Positions 1 through 8,590 of a stretch of 64,000 bases of DNA are shown here, one piece after another. Both the position numbers and the translations under genes were made by a program. The DNA lies in contig CAYHCG010000008.1 of NCBI GenBank assembly GCA_964355135.1, positions 423-64,422 on the forward strand, given 5' to 3'. The notes beneath the pieces are model-generated. The model was not told where the DNA came from. It worked only from the letters and a program-made list of their open reading frames with translations, and did no database searches. Position 1 is the stretch's first letter, and the number at the start of each line of letters is the position of its first letter. The stretch comes from Candidatus Woesearchaeota archaeon. GTDB lineage: Archaea; Nanobdellota; Nanobdellia; Pacearchaeales; GW2011-AR1.

Positions 1-302
1 AGGTTGACAACTGCCTTGATTTTCTTTTCTCTCTCTTCGTCTCTGAATTCCTGAGTTTTTTGTACTTCGCCTGAAATAATAATTTTTTTAGCAATTTCAT
101 TAATGTCGCTAGTTCCGAAAGCGTCCATTAAATCTTTTTGTGCAGCTATATTTCCTTTTTTAAGATCGTAAAAAATCTGAGGGGATTGCAAGGCAGACAT
201 TATATCTCCTTTTCCGGCTTTTAATTTTAGAGCTGCATCTAAATCTACATCAATTTCATAATGCTTTCCTTTTGCCTTTATTCTTGCCGTAACATTGACC
301 AT
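1..302 (-). CDS. Ribosome maturation factor SBDS/Sdo1 (5' part; runs off window start)
   Basis: Manual translation from ATG at 302: MVNVTARIKAKGKHYEIDVDLD...IFYDLKKG..AAQKDLMDAFGTSDINEIAKKIIISGEVQ..., a typical SBDS N-terminal domain; not in the ORF track. Confidence 0.85.
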   Translation of the reverse strand, partial: MVNVTARIKAKGKHYEIDVDLDAALKLKAGKGDIMSALQSPQIFYDLKKGNIAAQKDLMDAFGTSDINEIAKKIIISGEVQKTQEFRDEEREKKIKAVVN

Positions 303-407
303 GAAAGGAAAAAATGATTAGAGTTAATAAAGATTATTGTTCAACTTTTAGAGTCAGCTCTCTGCAGTAAAGCTTAAATATACTATATTATAAGTTTAGT
401 TAGAATG

Positions 408-472
408 TCAAGAATCGCTCGTTAAGTTGAGTACTTGATTCTTGAGCATACTCAAGAATTCTTAATTCTTGA
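408..472 (+). promoter_or_regulatory. Four alternating TCAAGAAT/ATTCTTGA repeats in the psmA leader
   Basis: TCAAGAAT 408-415, ATTCTTGA 438-445, TCAAGAAT 452-459, ATTCTTGA 465-472, just upstream of the GAGGT Shine-Dalgarno (479-483). Confidence 0.55.
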
Positions 473-490
473 TATTTTGAGGTAAATAAA

Positions 491-1216
491 ATGGACATTC
501 CAGCAGAAATGCAACATCAGGCAATGGGTTATGACAGAGCAGCTACTATGTTCTCCCCAGATGGACATCTCTTGCAAGTTGAATATGCTGAGAAGACTGT
601 CCGACTTGGAAGCGCGAGTATTGGTATGGTCTGCAAAGATGGAGTTGTTATAGTTGCCGATAAAAGAATCAGAGATAAATTATTAGCTCCTGAATCTGCC
701 CATAAAATTTTCGAAATAGATTATCATATTATGGCTTCTGCTGCAGGAATACTCTCAGACACTAGAATTTTAGTAGACCATTCACAATTACAAGCGCAAC
801 AAAATAGAGTCAGCCTAGGCTCTCCAGTTGAACCTATTGTTATAATAAGAATGATTGCAGATAAAAAACAAATGTTTACCCAATACGGAGGAGCAAGACC
901 TTTTGCAGCTTCCCTTATTGTAGCAGGAGTAAGCAAGGGCAAGGCACACTTGTATACTTCAGATATAACTGGAAATTATTTTGCTTACAAGGCAAATGCT
1001 ATTGGAGAAAACGACGAGAAAATCAAAGAAATTCTAAGAAGAGATTACAAGGAAGATATAACCATTGACGAAGGAATTAAGTTTGCATTGAAAATATTCA
1101 AGGAAATGCTTGAGAAGAACTTTGATTTGAATAGATTTGAAGTGGGCTATATAAAACTCTCAGAAGAAAAGCTGAAGAGAATGCAAGGCGACGACTTGAA
1201 AAAGTATGTCAAATAA
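491..1216 (+). CDS. psmA: Proteasome subunit alpha
   Basis: GYDRAATMFSPDGHLLQVEYA signature; RPF motif. Confidence 0.97.
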   Translation: MDIPAEMQHQAMGYDRAATMFSPDGHLLQVEYAEKTVRLGSASIGMVCKDGVVIVADKRIRDKLLAPESAHKIFEIDYHIMASAAGILSDTRILVDHSQLQAQQNRVSLGSPVEPIVIIRMIADKKQMFTQYGGARPFAASLIVAGVSKGKAHLYTSDITGNYFAYKANAIGENDEKIKEILRRDYKEDITIDEGIKFALKIFKEMLEKNFDLNRFEVGYIKLSEEKLKRMQGDDLKKYVK

Positions 1217-1263
1217 ATTTTTAATAAGCGAGACTTTAAAAATCTCCACCACTTCTATAAATT

Positions 1264-1629
1264 ATGGATTTAAAATGGTTCTTTGGAATTAAACCTTATG
1301 ATCCAAAAAAACGGTTTGGTCTTTTTCTTATATTTATATTTTTAATTCTAGCTATATTGATTATATTTAAGGGGAATTATGTATATGGGTTTGGCATAAT
1401 TGGATTAATGGTCTTTGGTTTTATCATTAATTTGTCTATTGCAAAAACTAGAAATCCTCACAAAAATATGAATATATTTTTTGTAATATTGGGGGCATTA
1501 TTTATTATCTTTGGAATTGCATTAATGACCATTGAATCTTTTATTGCGGGATTGAGCCCTCTTGTTCCAGGGATTTTAATATTCGCATATTCTTTAAACA
1601 ATTTGATAAAGAAGAATCAAAGAAGCTAA
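1264..1629 (+). CDS. Hypothetical membrane protein (about 4 TM)
   Basis: Hydrophobic segments; leaderless start after a TTTAAAAA TATA-like box. Confidence 0.7.
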   Translation: MDLKWFFGIKPYDPKKRFGLFLIFIFLILAILIIFKGNYVYGFGIIGLMVFGFIINLSIAKTRNPHKNMNIFFVILGALFIIFGIALMTIESFIAGLSPLVPGILIFAYSLNNLIKKNQRS

Positions 1630-1678
1630 CTTTCTGAATTATAATAAAGATTATAAATTCCATCTTACTGAAGATGAT

Positions 1679-1933
1679 ATGGATAATTCTGTGCCTGATG
1701 ATGTAAAAAATATTATTGGAAATAAAAAGCTAAAGGAAGTTTCAATTAAATTAAAATACAAAAACTGGAGGGGAGAAGTGGGTGAGCGAGAAATCATTCC
1801 AATTTCAATTTATTTTGGTGAAACAGATTTTCATAAAGAAAAACAATGGCTAATGAAAGTCTATGATTTAGATAAAAAGGATTACAGAGACTACGCATTG
1901 AAAGATATTGAAGAGTGGGTTAAATTCCCTTGA
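1679..1933 (+). CDS. Stand-alone WYL-domain-like protein
   Basis: Y-KNWRGE..ER.I.P..I......QWLM..YDLDKKDYRDYAL pattern typical of WYL domains. Confidence 0.7.
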   Translation: MDNSVPDDVKNIIGNKKLKEVSIKLKYKNWRGEVGEREIIPISIYFGETDFHKEKQWLMKVYDLDKKDYRDYALKDIEEWVKFP

Positions 1934-1935
1934 TT

Positions 1936-2640
1936 TTATTTTTTAGCTACTTTCCATAATAAATCGAAGTGTTTTTTATACATTACTGAGACGAGTTTTG
2001 AATGAATTAAGATGCATACTAAAGAAGGTTCCCAAATATTAATATTGACTTTATCTCCATAAATAAATGTCGCGACAGGCCCACTAAACTCTTCAGAAAC
2101 GTATCTAAGTTCTGTGTAATAAAACGGATCATTTCCTCTTATTGTATAAATTCCGTTATATTGCATTTTATTGTTTTTGACTTGACGCAACCACTGCTCT
2201 GCAAACACTGGCAGTTTCTCTCTGAGCTGGCCACGAACACCAAAAGCATAAAGAGGTTTCTTTTCACGGAGCATATCTCGGAATGCGGCTTTCATACCTT
2301 CTGCCCCTTTGAATATCTCTACTTTGATACCTTCTGATGAAGACTCATAGAGTTTTTTTAGTTCTGGAAATAGATTGTCGAGCAGCTCTTTTTTCTCGTT
2401 GATTAATTCATAGAAATTTATAGGGTCTGTTGAACTATATTTCATTACTTTCCCTTCCTGAAAATAAGTTACCAACCCTTTTTCTTTTAATTGTTCTAAA
2501 ATATCATAGATATTTGTACGATGAAAACCACTTTCATGGGATATCTGCTTAACTGTACAAGTTTTTAATTTGAGAACGGCGCGATAAATAATAACTTCTG
2601 TTTCTGTTAAGCCTAACTTTGTAAGTTCTCGAATTTCCAT
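1936..2640 (-). CDS. TrmB-family transcriptional regulator
   Basis: LGLTETE..IY..L...HRTNIYDILEQLKEKGLV wHTH; C-terminal IYGDKV effector domain. Confidence 0.9.
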   Translation of the reverse strand: MEIRELTKLGLTETEVIIYRAVLKLKTCTVKQISHESGFHRTNIYDILEQLKEKGLVTYFQEGKVMKYSSTDPINFYELINEKKELLDNLFPELKKLYESSSEGIKVEIFKGAEGMKAAFRDMLREKKPLYAFGVRGQLREKLPVFAEQWLRQVKNNKMQYNGIYTIRGNDPFYYTELRYVSEEFSGPVATFIYGDKVNINIWEPSLVCILIHSKLVSVMYKKHFDLLWKVAKK

Positions 2641-2671
2641 CTCTAATTTAATTATTAAAGTTATTTAAAGT

Positions 2672-2687
2672 TGTCTAATGTTAGACA
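2672..2687. promoter_or_regulatory. Palindromic operator TGTCTAA-TG-TTAGACA between the divergent TrmB and methyltransferase genes
   Basis: Perfect 7-bp inverted repeat between two TATA-like boxes. Confidence 0.6.
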
Positions 2688-2724
2688 CACATTGTTTAAG
2701 TATCTTTCCTTTTGTCGTCACTTT

Positions 2725-3561
2725 ATGATAACGGATTATTCAGAAGGGTGGAATAAGAGAAATGTGCGTTATGAAGAAATCCATAACGTGCCATTAGAAG
2801 ATCTCGCATTAATGGTTCAGAGTCTGGACTTTCAAGACGGAGATATATTCGCAGATCTTATGTGCGGTTATGGCGCAGTGACCAAGGCAGCCCTAGATTA
2901 TTGCGCTTTGGAAGGCATTAAAATTAAACCTATTCTTGTTGATATGTATAAAGAACAGATTCAAAGAAGCTGTGCTGAACTTCCAGATACTCAAATTATT
3001 AGACTATGTGAAGATAGCCGTTCTTTGAGTTTGCCAGATAATTCTGCGGATAGAATTGCTATCAAAATGGGATTGCATGAAGTTCCTAGAAAAGATCAAT
3101 ATAGAGTAATTGCCCAGGTTTATCGTGCATTGAAACCAGGAGGAAAATTTGTTATTTGGGAAATAATGCCTAAAACACATATTGAACAATTATTATTTCA
3201 GACTATTGTCCGAGAAAAGGATCGTCTTTCTGGATTTCCAGGTCTTGCAGTTAATCGTTATTTGCCTAGAGAAGAAGAATTGAGAGTGTGCTTGCAGAAT
3301 GCAGGTTTTAGCGATATTGAATTAATTAAAGAAATGCGTTACACCCTCTCAAGCGAAAAGCGATTGTATGCAGAACTTGGGGGAGACGAAGGTAAACTCG
3401 AAGAATGGAACGAATTTATTCGAGCGATTGTTCCAGACAACGTAAAAGATGAAATTAATTTTTCAGATAAGGGCTATACTATAGAAGCTACTTTCCGTAA
3501 AGGTATCTTGAAGGCCGTAAAGCCTTACTCAAGTTCTAAAGATGAAAGGGGGAATATGTAA
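2725..3561 (+). CDS. Class I SAM-dependent methyltransferase
   Basis: DLMCGYG motif I, LHEV and LKPGGKFVIWE motifs; ATG 2725 preferred over TTG 2671. Confidence 0.88.
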   Translation: MITDYSEGWNKRNVRYEEIHNVPLEDLALMVQSLDFQDGDIFADLMCGYGAVTKAALDYCALEGIKIKPILVDMYKEQIQRSCAELPDTQIIRLCEDSRSLSLPDNSADRIAIKMGLHEVPRKDQYRVIAQVYRALKPGGKFVIWEIMPKTHIEQLLFQTIVREKDRLSGFPGLAVNRYLPREEELRVCLQNAGFSDIELIKEMRYTLSSEKRLYAELGGDEGKLEEWNEFIRAIVPDNVKDEINFSDKGYTIEATFRKGILKAVKPYSSSKDERGNM

Positions 3562-3562
3562 A

Positions 3563-3802
3563 ATGGAATACCAACCAAAACAAATTGCTGATATGATCCG
3601 AGCATACGAATCTCTTGCTGGTTCAGTTAAAGAACTTGTTTTTTACACAGAACGAGGCCCTATTAAAAAACATGAGTGGTCTGCTCGGATAAACAGTGCT
3701 TTAGATACTTATAAGGCCCAGGTTCCTCAAGAAGTACAAGAAGATCTGAAAGAAGAGTTTAAAGGACTTATGGCAAGGTTGCAAGAAGATTCTTTCGATT
3801 AA
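3563..3802 (+). CDS. Hypothetical protein
   Basis: ORF coupled to the upstream methyltransferase stop; ATG at 3563. Confidence 0.55.
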   Translation: MEYQPKQIADMIRAYESLAGSVKELVFYTERGPIKKHEWSARINSALDTYKAQVPQEVQEDLKEEFKGLMARLQEDSFD

Positions 3803-3829
3803 GTGCTATAGAGATTATTAATAAACGTC

Positions 3830-4243
3830 TTAAGGCAAATTGAAAACTTTTCTAAATATTAAGCTACTGACGAAGGCAGAACCTATGTAATACCAGATCC
3901 ATTTTCCACCAATGGCTGTTTCAGCGTAAATTCCTTTAATGAATCCGATGAGAAGAATTATTGGAATGAATGTGATTATCATCGGTTTGAAAGAATGTTT
4001 CATCATTTCCATTGTGTGAGACATCATTTCTTTATTTAACTCCATCATCTTAGCATGATTTCCTGCCTTTTGATGTTCTTTTATTTGCAACTGCAGCGCT
4101 TTCTGCTTTGCTTTTATCCCTCTGACTTTTTCTTTGTCAATGATAAAATAGTTTATTAAACTGATAAGGAAAGAAACTACAAATCCGATTATGATTATAC
4201 TTATTATGGGATTTAGTTGTATAAGAGAAATTATATCTACCAT
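3830..4243 (-). CDS. EMC3/TMCO1 (DUF106, Oxa1 superfamily) membrane protein
   Basis: TM-coiled coil-TM layout, FKPMIITFIP and WIWYY motifs, downstream of secY. Confidence 0.88.
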   Translation of the reverse strand: MVDIISLIQLNPIISIIIIGFVVSFLISLINYFIIDKEKVRGIKAKQKALQLQIKEHQKAGNHAKMMELNKEMMSHTMEMMKHSFKPMIITFIPIILLIGFIKGIYAETAIGGKWIWYYIGSAFVSSLIFRKVFNLP

Positions 4244-4297
4244 TTTTATAGAAGACAAATAGTGTTTTTAAACCTGCTGAAAGATGGATCTTATACA

Positions 4298-5689
4298 TTA
4301 ACCCATCATCTTTCGCAGCGCTGGATGCATGTCTAATGCGTGTTGCTGGGCAATGCTCTGATATAACTGATAAATAATCATGACTGCAAGTAGAATGGAA
4401 GTTCCGCCTGTCAATGCCCCTAACAAGTCCGCGGTTGAGGCTAATAGGCCGACTGCGATACCTCCCATGATGGTTAAAGGCAGGACATATCTCTTTAGTA
4501 TTGATTCTAAAACTCTTGGATCTTTTCTAAATCCAGGGATTTGCAAACCTGAAGAAAGAATATTCTTTGCCTGGGAAGTTTCATCCATTCCAGAAGTCTT
4601 TACCCAGAATACTGCGAAAATTGCTGAGAATGTTGCATAGAATAGGATATGGATAACTGCCTGTAAGATGAAACTAGATTGAAGGCTTCCTCTTATTATT
4701 CCTTCAATGATGTTTGTGCTTCCTATCCAGAAAGCTAAACCTGACACCGCTGTTCCCTGAGAAAAGCCGCCCAAGAAAGTAGGATGACCTACCCAGTTTT
4801 GTATTAAGTTTCCAAATAGAGTTATATTGGCGACTAAAGCAGCTGCTAGAATAACTGGAATGTTAGAGGAATAGAAAAATGCTAAAGGCCATTTTACTCC
4901 ATAGCCACGTAGTCTTTCATAGGTAAGCGGGATCTCAACTTTAAGACTTTGCGCCCAGACGACAACTAAGAAAATCAAAATTGTCGCCGCAATTATCGCT
5001 CCGGAAGCTAATGCCTCTGTTGGCGCCCCGTTAATAAATGACTGCAAGATAACCAATACATGTCCTGAGCAAGGAGTGTTAGAGAAATCAAATAGGCAAT
5101 TTTCTCCTGTTGGGCCTATAAACTGGAATAAGCCTGCAAATAAAGATCCTGCCACGTTAGCTACTATAAACAAGGAGACTCCTGAACCGAATCCATATTT
5201 CTGCACAACTTCGTCCATGAATACTATTGCCAAACCGCCCAACATAAGCTGGAATATCAGAATGGTAGTATATCCTGGGACGGCCTGTAATCCTCCCATT
5301 AAGACGTACACTAATGCTTCAAATATGATGAAAAAGAATACTCCTACTTTCTGCAAACCTTGAAAATATTTCTTTCCTTCAGGAGTTTTTACGTCAATTG
5401 ATAAAATCCCTGATCCCACCAATAATTGAAGGATAATAGATGACATTACTATAGGGCCTATACCAAGGCTGATGATACTACCAAATTGAGAAGCGAGAAC
5501 GAGCTGCAAGAACTCAAGATTAACTAAAGCATTTGTGGACAAACCGTATAGGGAGATATTTCCTAAAACGAAGAATAAAGCAAGAATGGCCAGAGTCCAT
5601 TTTAATTTTGTATTAAAGCTTAGCTTCTTTTCAACTGGCTTTTTTACTTCCGGAATATTATAAAATATACTCTTTAAATCGAAAGGCAT
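4298..5689 (-). CDS. secY: Preprotein translocase SecY (Sec61 alpha)
   Basis: LGIGPIVMSSIILQLL, GSGVSLFI, SNIPVIL, IPGFR and GTSILLAV motifs. Confidence 0.98.
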   Translation of the reverse strand: MPFDLKSIFYNIPEVKKPVEKKLSFNTKLKWTLAILALFFVLGNISLYGLSTNALVNLEFLQLVLASQFGSIISLGIGPIVMSSIILQLLVGSGILSIDVKTPEGKKYFQGLQKVGVFFFIIFEALVYVLMGGLQAVPGYTTILIFQLMLGGLAIVFMDEVVQKYGFGSGVSLFIVANVAGSLFAGLFQFIGPTGENCLFDFSNTPCSGHVLVILQSFINGAPTEALASGAIIAATILIFLVVVWAQSLKVEIPLTYERLRGYGVKWPLAFFYSSNIPVILAAALVANITLFGNLIQNWVGHPTFLGGFSQGTAVSGLAFWIGSTNIIEGIIRGSLQSSFILQAVIHILFYATFSAIFAVFWVKTSGMDETSQAKNILSSGLQIPGFRKDPRVLESILKRYVLPLTIMGGIAVGLLASTADLLGALTGGTSILLAVMIIYQLYQSIAQQHALDMHPALRKMMG

Positions 5690-5785
5690 TAATTTCTTAG
5701 AAAAACAGGCTTTTTAAAAGTTAGGTATTTATTGATTTTTTATAAGTAGTAAATAATAAGCTAAAAACTTTGCAGAATCTGTAAT

Positions 5786-6031
5786 TTAATTACTGCTTTG
5801 CGATTTTATGAGAATTATTGTGAAGCCTATTATTCTGAAGTTTGTTTTCAGTTTTAGTTTCTCCTGAATTTCTAAAGCCATCTTTTCTATGTTTTCTCTA
5901 TTTCTGCCTGAAGAAGGCAGGACAGAAATCCTGATCTGCCTGTGATTTGCAAGAGCTAAAGCTAAAGACTCTATTACTCCGGGAGTTATCCCGTTTTTTC
6001 CGATCTGAAATTTTGTTAAATTTGTTTTCAT
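5786..6031 (-). CDS. YhbY/CRM-domain RNA-binding protein
   Basis: FQIGKNGIT and IIGFT motifs. Confidence 0.8.
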   Translation of the reverse strand: MKTNLTKFQIGKNGITPGVIESLALALANHRQIRISVLPSSGRNRENIEKMALEIQEKLKLKTNFRIIGFTIILIKSQSSN

Positions 6032-6606
6032 TTTTCTCTCACTATTGTAACTCCTCCGGGTGGAAGAGCAGACAGTATTTCATCAGGACTGAAATGCTCG
6101 TGCATACTGACTTGTAGTTTAAGAAGCATGCTGCTTTTATCTACTTTTCCTGGCCTTATTTTAATAGCATTTTTCTTAGAAGATTGAGGAACTGCTCTTA
6201 GTTTTCCTTCTTGTTTTGTCAAAACTAGCTGAAGAGGGACCATTTTCCTTTTAATCTCGCCTTTAACTCCCCACGTGCCTGATTTCATTGCAACAGTCTT
6301 GTAAAGTTGAGACAAATAAAAAATATCTATCACTGTAGTTTTCTTCATTTCTTTCCATGCTCTACTGAAACACCCTGTAAATATTGCTGTTTCTTCTATA
6401 TCTTGCTGGTCTACCTTTTCAATACTGTCGAGAATAATGCAGAAAGGACTTCCAGGAGAGGATGTATGCATGACTATAAATTCGGTATGGAGAGACTTTA
6501 CTTTTTTCAATAATTCATCATTTTGCAAAGAGGATTTTCCGCCCACCACTAATTTTGAAGATGAAGTGAAAAACCATCTATATTTTTTATAATCTATAGT
6601 GTTCAT
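6028..6606 (-). CDS. NFACT-R (DUF814) RNA-binding domain protein
   Basis: YRWFFTSS..LVVGGK...QND.L, MHT..PGSP, FSRAWK motifs. Confidence 0.8.
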   Translation of the reverse strand: MNTIDYKKYRWFFTSSSKLVVGGKSSLQNDELLKKVKSLHTEFIVMHTSSPGSPFCIILDSIEKVDQQDIEETAIFTGCFSRAWKEMKKTTVIDIFYLSQLYKTVAMKSGTWGVKGEIKRKMVPLQLVLTKQEGKLRAVPQSSKKNAIKIRPGKVDKSSMLLKLQVSMHEHFSPDEILSALPPGGVTIVREK

Positions 6607-6658
6607 GAAAATTCTAGATTGGCGGCGTTTTTAAAGGTGCTTATTTAGAATAGAAAAA

Positions 6659-7255
6659 TTAGAAGAAACCCTTTTCTTGGATTTCAACGATGAAGTAATT
6701 GCCTGCGTAATAACTACTTTCTCCAGTCTCTTTTACTTCTATGTATACTTTCTGAGTACAAAGAGGGACTGCATCAGGAACGTTTAATTGTATGACTGCA
6801 AATGCCTGTGAACCCTCGAACTTGTCAAATCTTCTGTCTGGTGTTCCAAGAGGAGTAAGGAAGAGTTTCTCTGTTTCCGTATCCCCGTAAACTTGGTAAC
6901 AGTTGCCTGGAGTATCTTCATCCAGAGTTATCTTATATTTTATATCGTCTGCTGCTGTGATCGCAGAACGATCTGTTTTTCTTGCCCCTATGCCTACGCT
7001 AAAGGGTCCGGAATCCTGCTTTATTTTTGCTGTTTGGTCTGCTCCAAGCTTAACCACAATGTCAGATCCTTCATCAGAGAATAAAGAAGTTATCTCTTCT
7101 AAGACTTTATCGTTTGAAAGATCAACAACGCCTGTGGCTCCTTTGAATATGTTTCTGATAAGAGCTATTCCTAAAACTAACATCGACATAGCAAGAACTA
7201 TGATTACTACTGTTCCAATAGAGAGTTCAATCGCCGCTTTTTTATTTTTCTTCAT
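6659..7255 (-). CDS. Pilin-like protein with class III signal peptide
   Basis: KKA|AIELSIGTVVIIVL hydrophobic N-terminus. Confidence 0.7.
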   Translation of the reverse strand: MKKNKKAAIELSIGTVVIIVLAMSMLVLGIALIRNIFKGATGVVDLSNDKVLEEITSLFSDEGSDIVVKLGADQTAKIKQDSGPFSVGIGARKTDRSAITAADDIKYKITLDEDTPGNCYQVYGDTETEKLFLTPLGTPDRRFDKFEGSQAFAVIQLNVPDAVPLCTQKVYIEVKETGESSYYAGNYFIVEIQEKGFF

Positions 7256-7259
7256 TTTA

Positions 7260-7538
7260 TTAAGGCAAATTTGCGCCGGGAATCAAATTAAGATTTTTAT
7301 AATAGAATACTGTAAGGATTATAACTATTATACTTAGAATTATTCCTATAATTGCCAGCATCTTGCCTTTTCTTCCCCATACGGTTGGATGACGGGACTG
7401 CTGTTTATTAGCAAATATCAAAGCGATGATTCCCAAGATTATTCCATTAATTGAAGCAAATACTATACTAAATATTCCTAAAACGACAGAAGCAATTCCA
7501 AAACTATTATCTGTACTTTTACTAACCTCTTTCACCAT
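7260..7538 (-). CDS. DUF4190-like small membrane protein
   Basis: IASVVLGIFS...GIIALIFA...G..LAIIGII pattern. Confidence 0.65.
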   Translation of the reverse strand: MVKEVSKSTDNSFGIASVVLGIFSIVFASINGIILGIIALIFANKQQSRHPTVWGRKGKMLAIIGIILSIIVIILTVFYYKNLNLIPGANLP

Positions 7539-7621
7539 TGAGTGTTAAAGAATATTGTTTTTATAAAGGTTTCTTTAGAAAGATAGAAAGATTTATATAT
7601 TATTAAATATTATATAATAAT

Positions 7622-7759
7622 ATGAAAGAAAAATTTGTTAAGATAGTAAGAAAGAATGGAGATAGCCTCGCGATCAATATCCCGAAGGAAGTGATAGATA
7701 TAATGAAGATAACTGAAGGAGATATAATCAGAGTTGAAATCGAGAAGGTTAAAGGATAA
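7622..7759 (+). CDS. AbrB/MazE/SpoVT-family DNA-binding protein (45 aa)
   Basis: Manual translation MKEKFVKIVRKNGDSLAINIPKEVIDIMKITEGDIIRVEIEKVKG; stop overlaps the next ATG (TAATG). Confidence 0.85.
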   Translation: MKEKFVKIVRKNGDSLAINIPKEVIDIMKITEGDIIRVEIEKVKG

Positions 7760-8556
7760 TGAAAAATTATGAAATCTTAAATAAATCTGACAGAAAAAGA
7801 CGGATAAAAATCCCTGAGAGACATAGTGAGCTTGCAGAGCTCCTAGGCATTTTAACAGGAGATGGTTTTATGAATTACTATCCTAAGAGACAGGCATATA
7901 TTATTGGAATTGCCGGAAACAAATTGAAAGATTTAGAATATCTAGAAAACTTTACCAGCAAATTAATTAAAAATTTATTCAATTTAAGCCCCAGATTATA
8001 TTTACATAAAAGCCAAAATACTGCAAGTTTAGTCTTTCGTTCTAAGAGCATTTTTTATTTTCTTGAAGAATGTGGTTTTCCGACTGGAAGAAAGGGAGAA
8101 ATATCAATTCCAAAATGGATCTTAGAGAATCCTGATTTCTTTAAAAAATTCATTAGAGGCGTATTTGATACAGATGGACACTTATGTTTAAAGAATAAAG
8201 AGGGTAAAAAATATCCTGTTATTGGAATAACTTCAAAAAGTAAATCTTTATTGTTTCCGATAAAAGAATTTTTAAATTCATACGGGATAACTTCTTATCT
8301 GGGGAGCCATAGGGCGGACACAAGTAATAAGAAATTTATCGTTAATAGGGTTCAGATAAGTGGTCAGAAAAATATAGGATTGTTCTTTGATCAGGTTGGG
8401 TCAAATAACCCAAGAAATTTAATGAAGTATATGGAAATGGCCCCGGGGGGAATCGAACCCTCTTACAACGAGCTTCAGTCGTTTGCATTCCCATTATGCT
8501 ACAGGGCCTCCTTGTCCTTGAAATTGAGAGAAGAGAAGACTTTTAAATGTTTTTAA
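7759..8556 (+). CDS. Free-standing two-motif LAGLIDADG homing endonuclease-like protein
   Basis: LAELLGILTGDG and FIRGVFDTDG motifs; no intein splicing residues; C-terminus overlaps an antisense tRNA. Confidence 0.88.
   Translation: MKNYEILNKSDRKRRIKIPERHSELAELLGILTGDGFMNYYPKRQAYIIGIAGNKLKDLEYLENFTSKLIKNLFNLSPRLYLHKSQNTASLVFRSKSIFYFLEECGFPTGRKGEISIPKWILENPDFFKKFIRGVFDTDGHLCLKNKEGKKYPVIGITSKSKSLLFPIKEFLNSYGITSYLGSHRADTSNKKFIVNRVQISGQKNIGLFFDQVGSNNPRNLMKYMEMAPGGIEPSYNELQSFAFPLCYRASLSLKLREEKTFKCF
8438..8508 (-). tRNA. tRNA-Phe(GAA)
   Basis: GGCCCTG-TA-GCAT AATGGGA ATGC-A-AACGA CTGAAGC TCGTT-GTAA-GAGGG TTCGATT CCCCC-CGGGGCC-A; one A-C mismatch in the T stem; no encoded CCA. Confidence 0.9.
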
Positions 8557-8590
8557 ACAGATTTTTATAATGTAAAGAGCGTATGTAAGC

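Noticed and set aside
7759..8556. LAGLIDADG ORF as an intein or tRNA intron
   Set aside because: No Hint-domain termini or host exteins; the tRNA-Phe is contiguous and uninterrupted.
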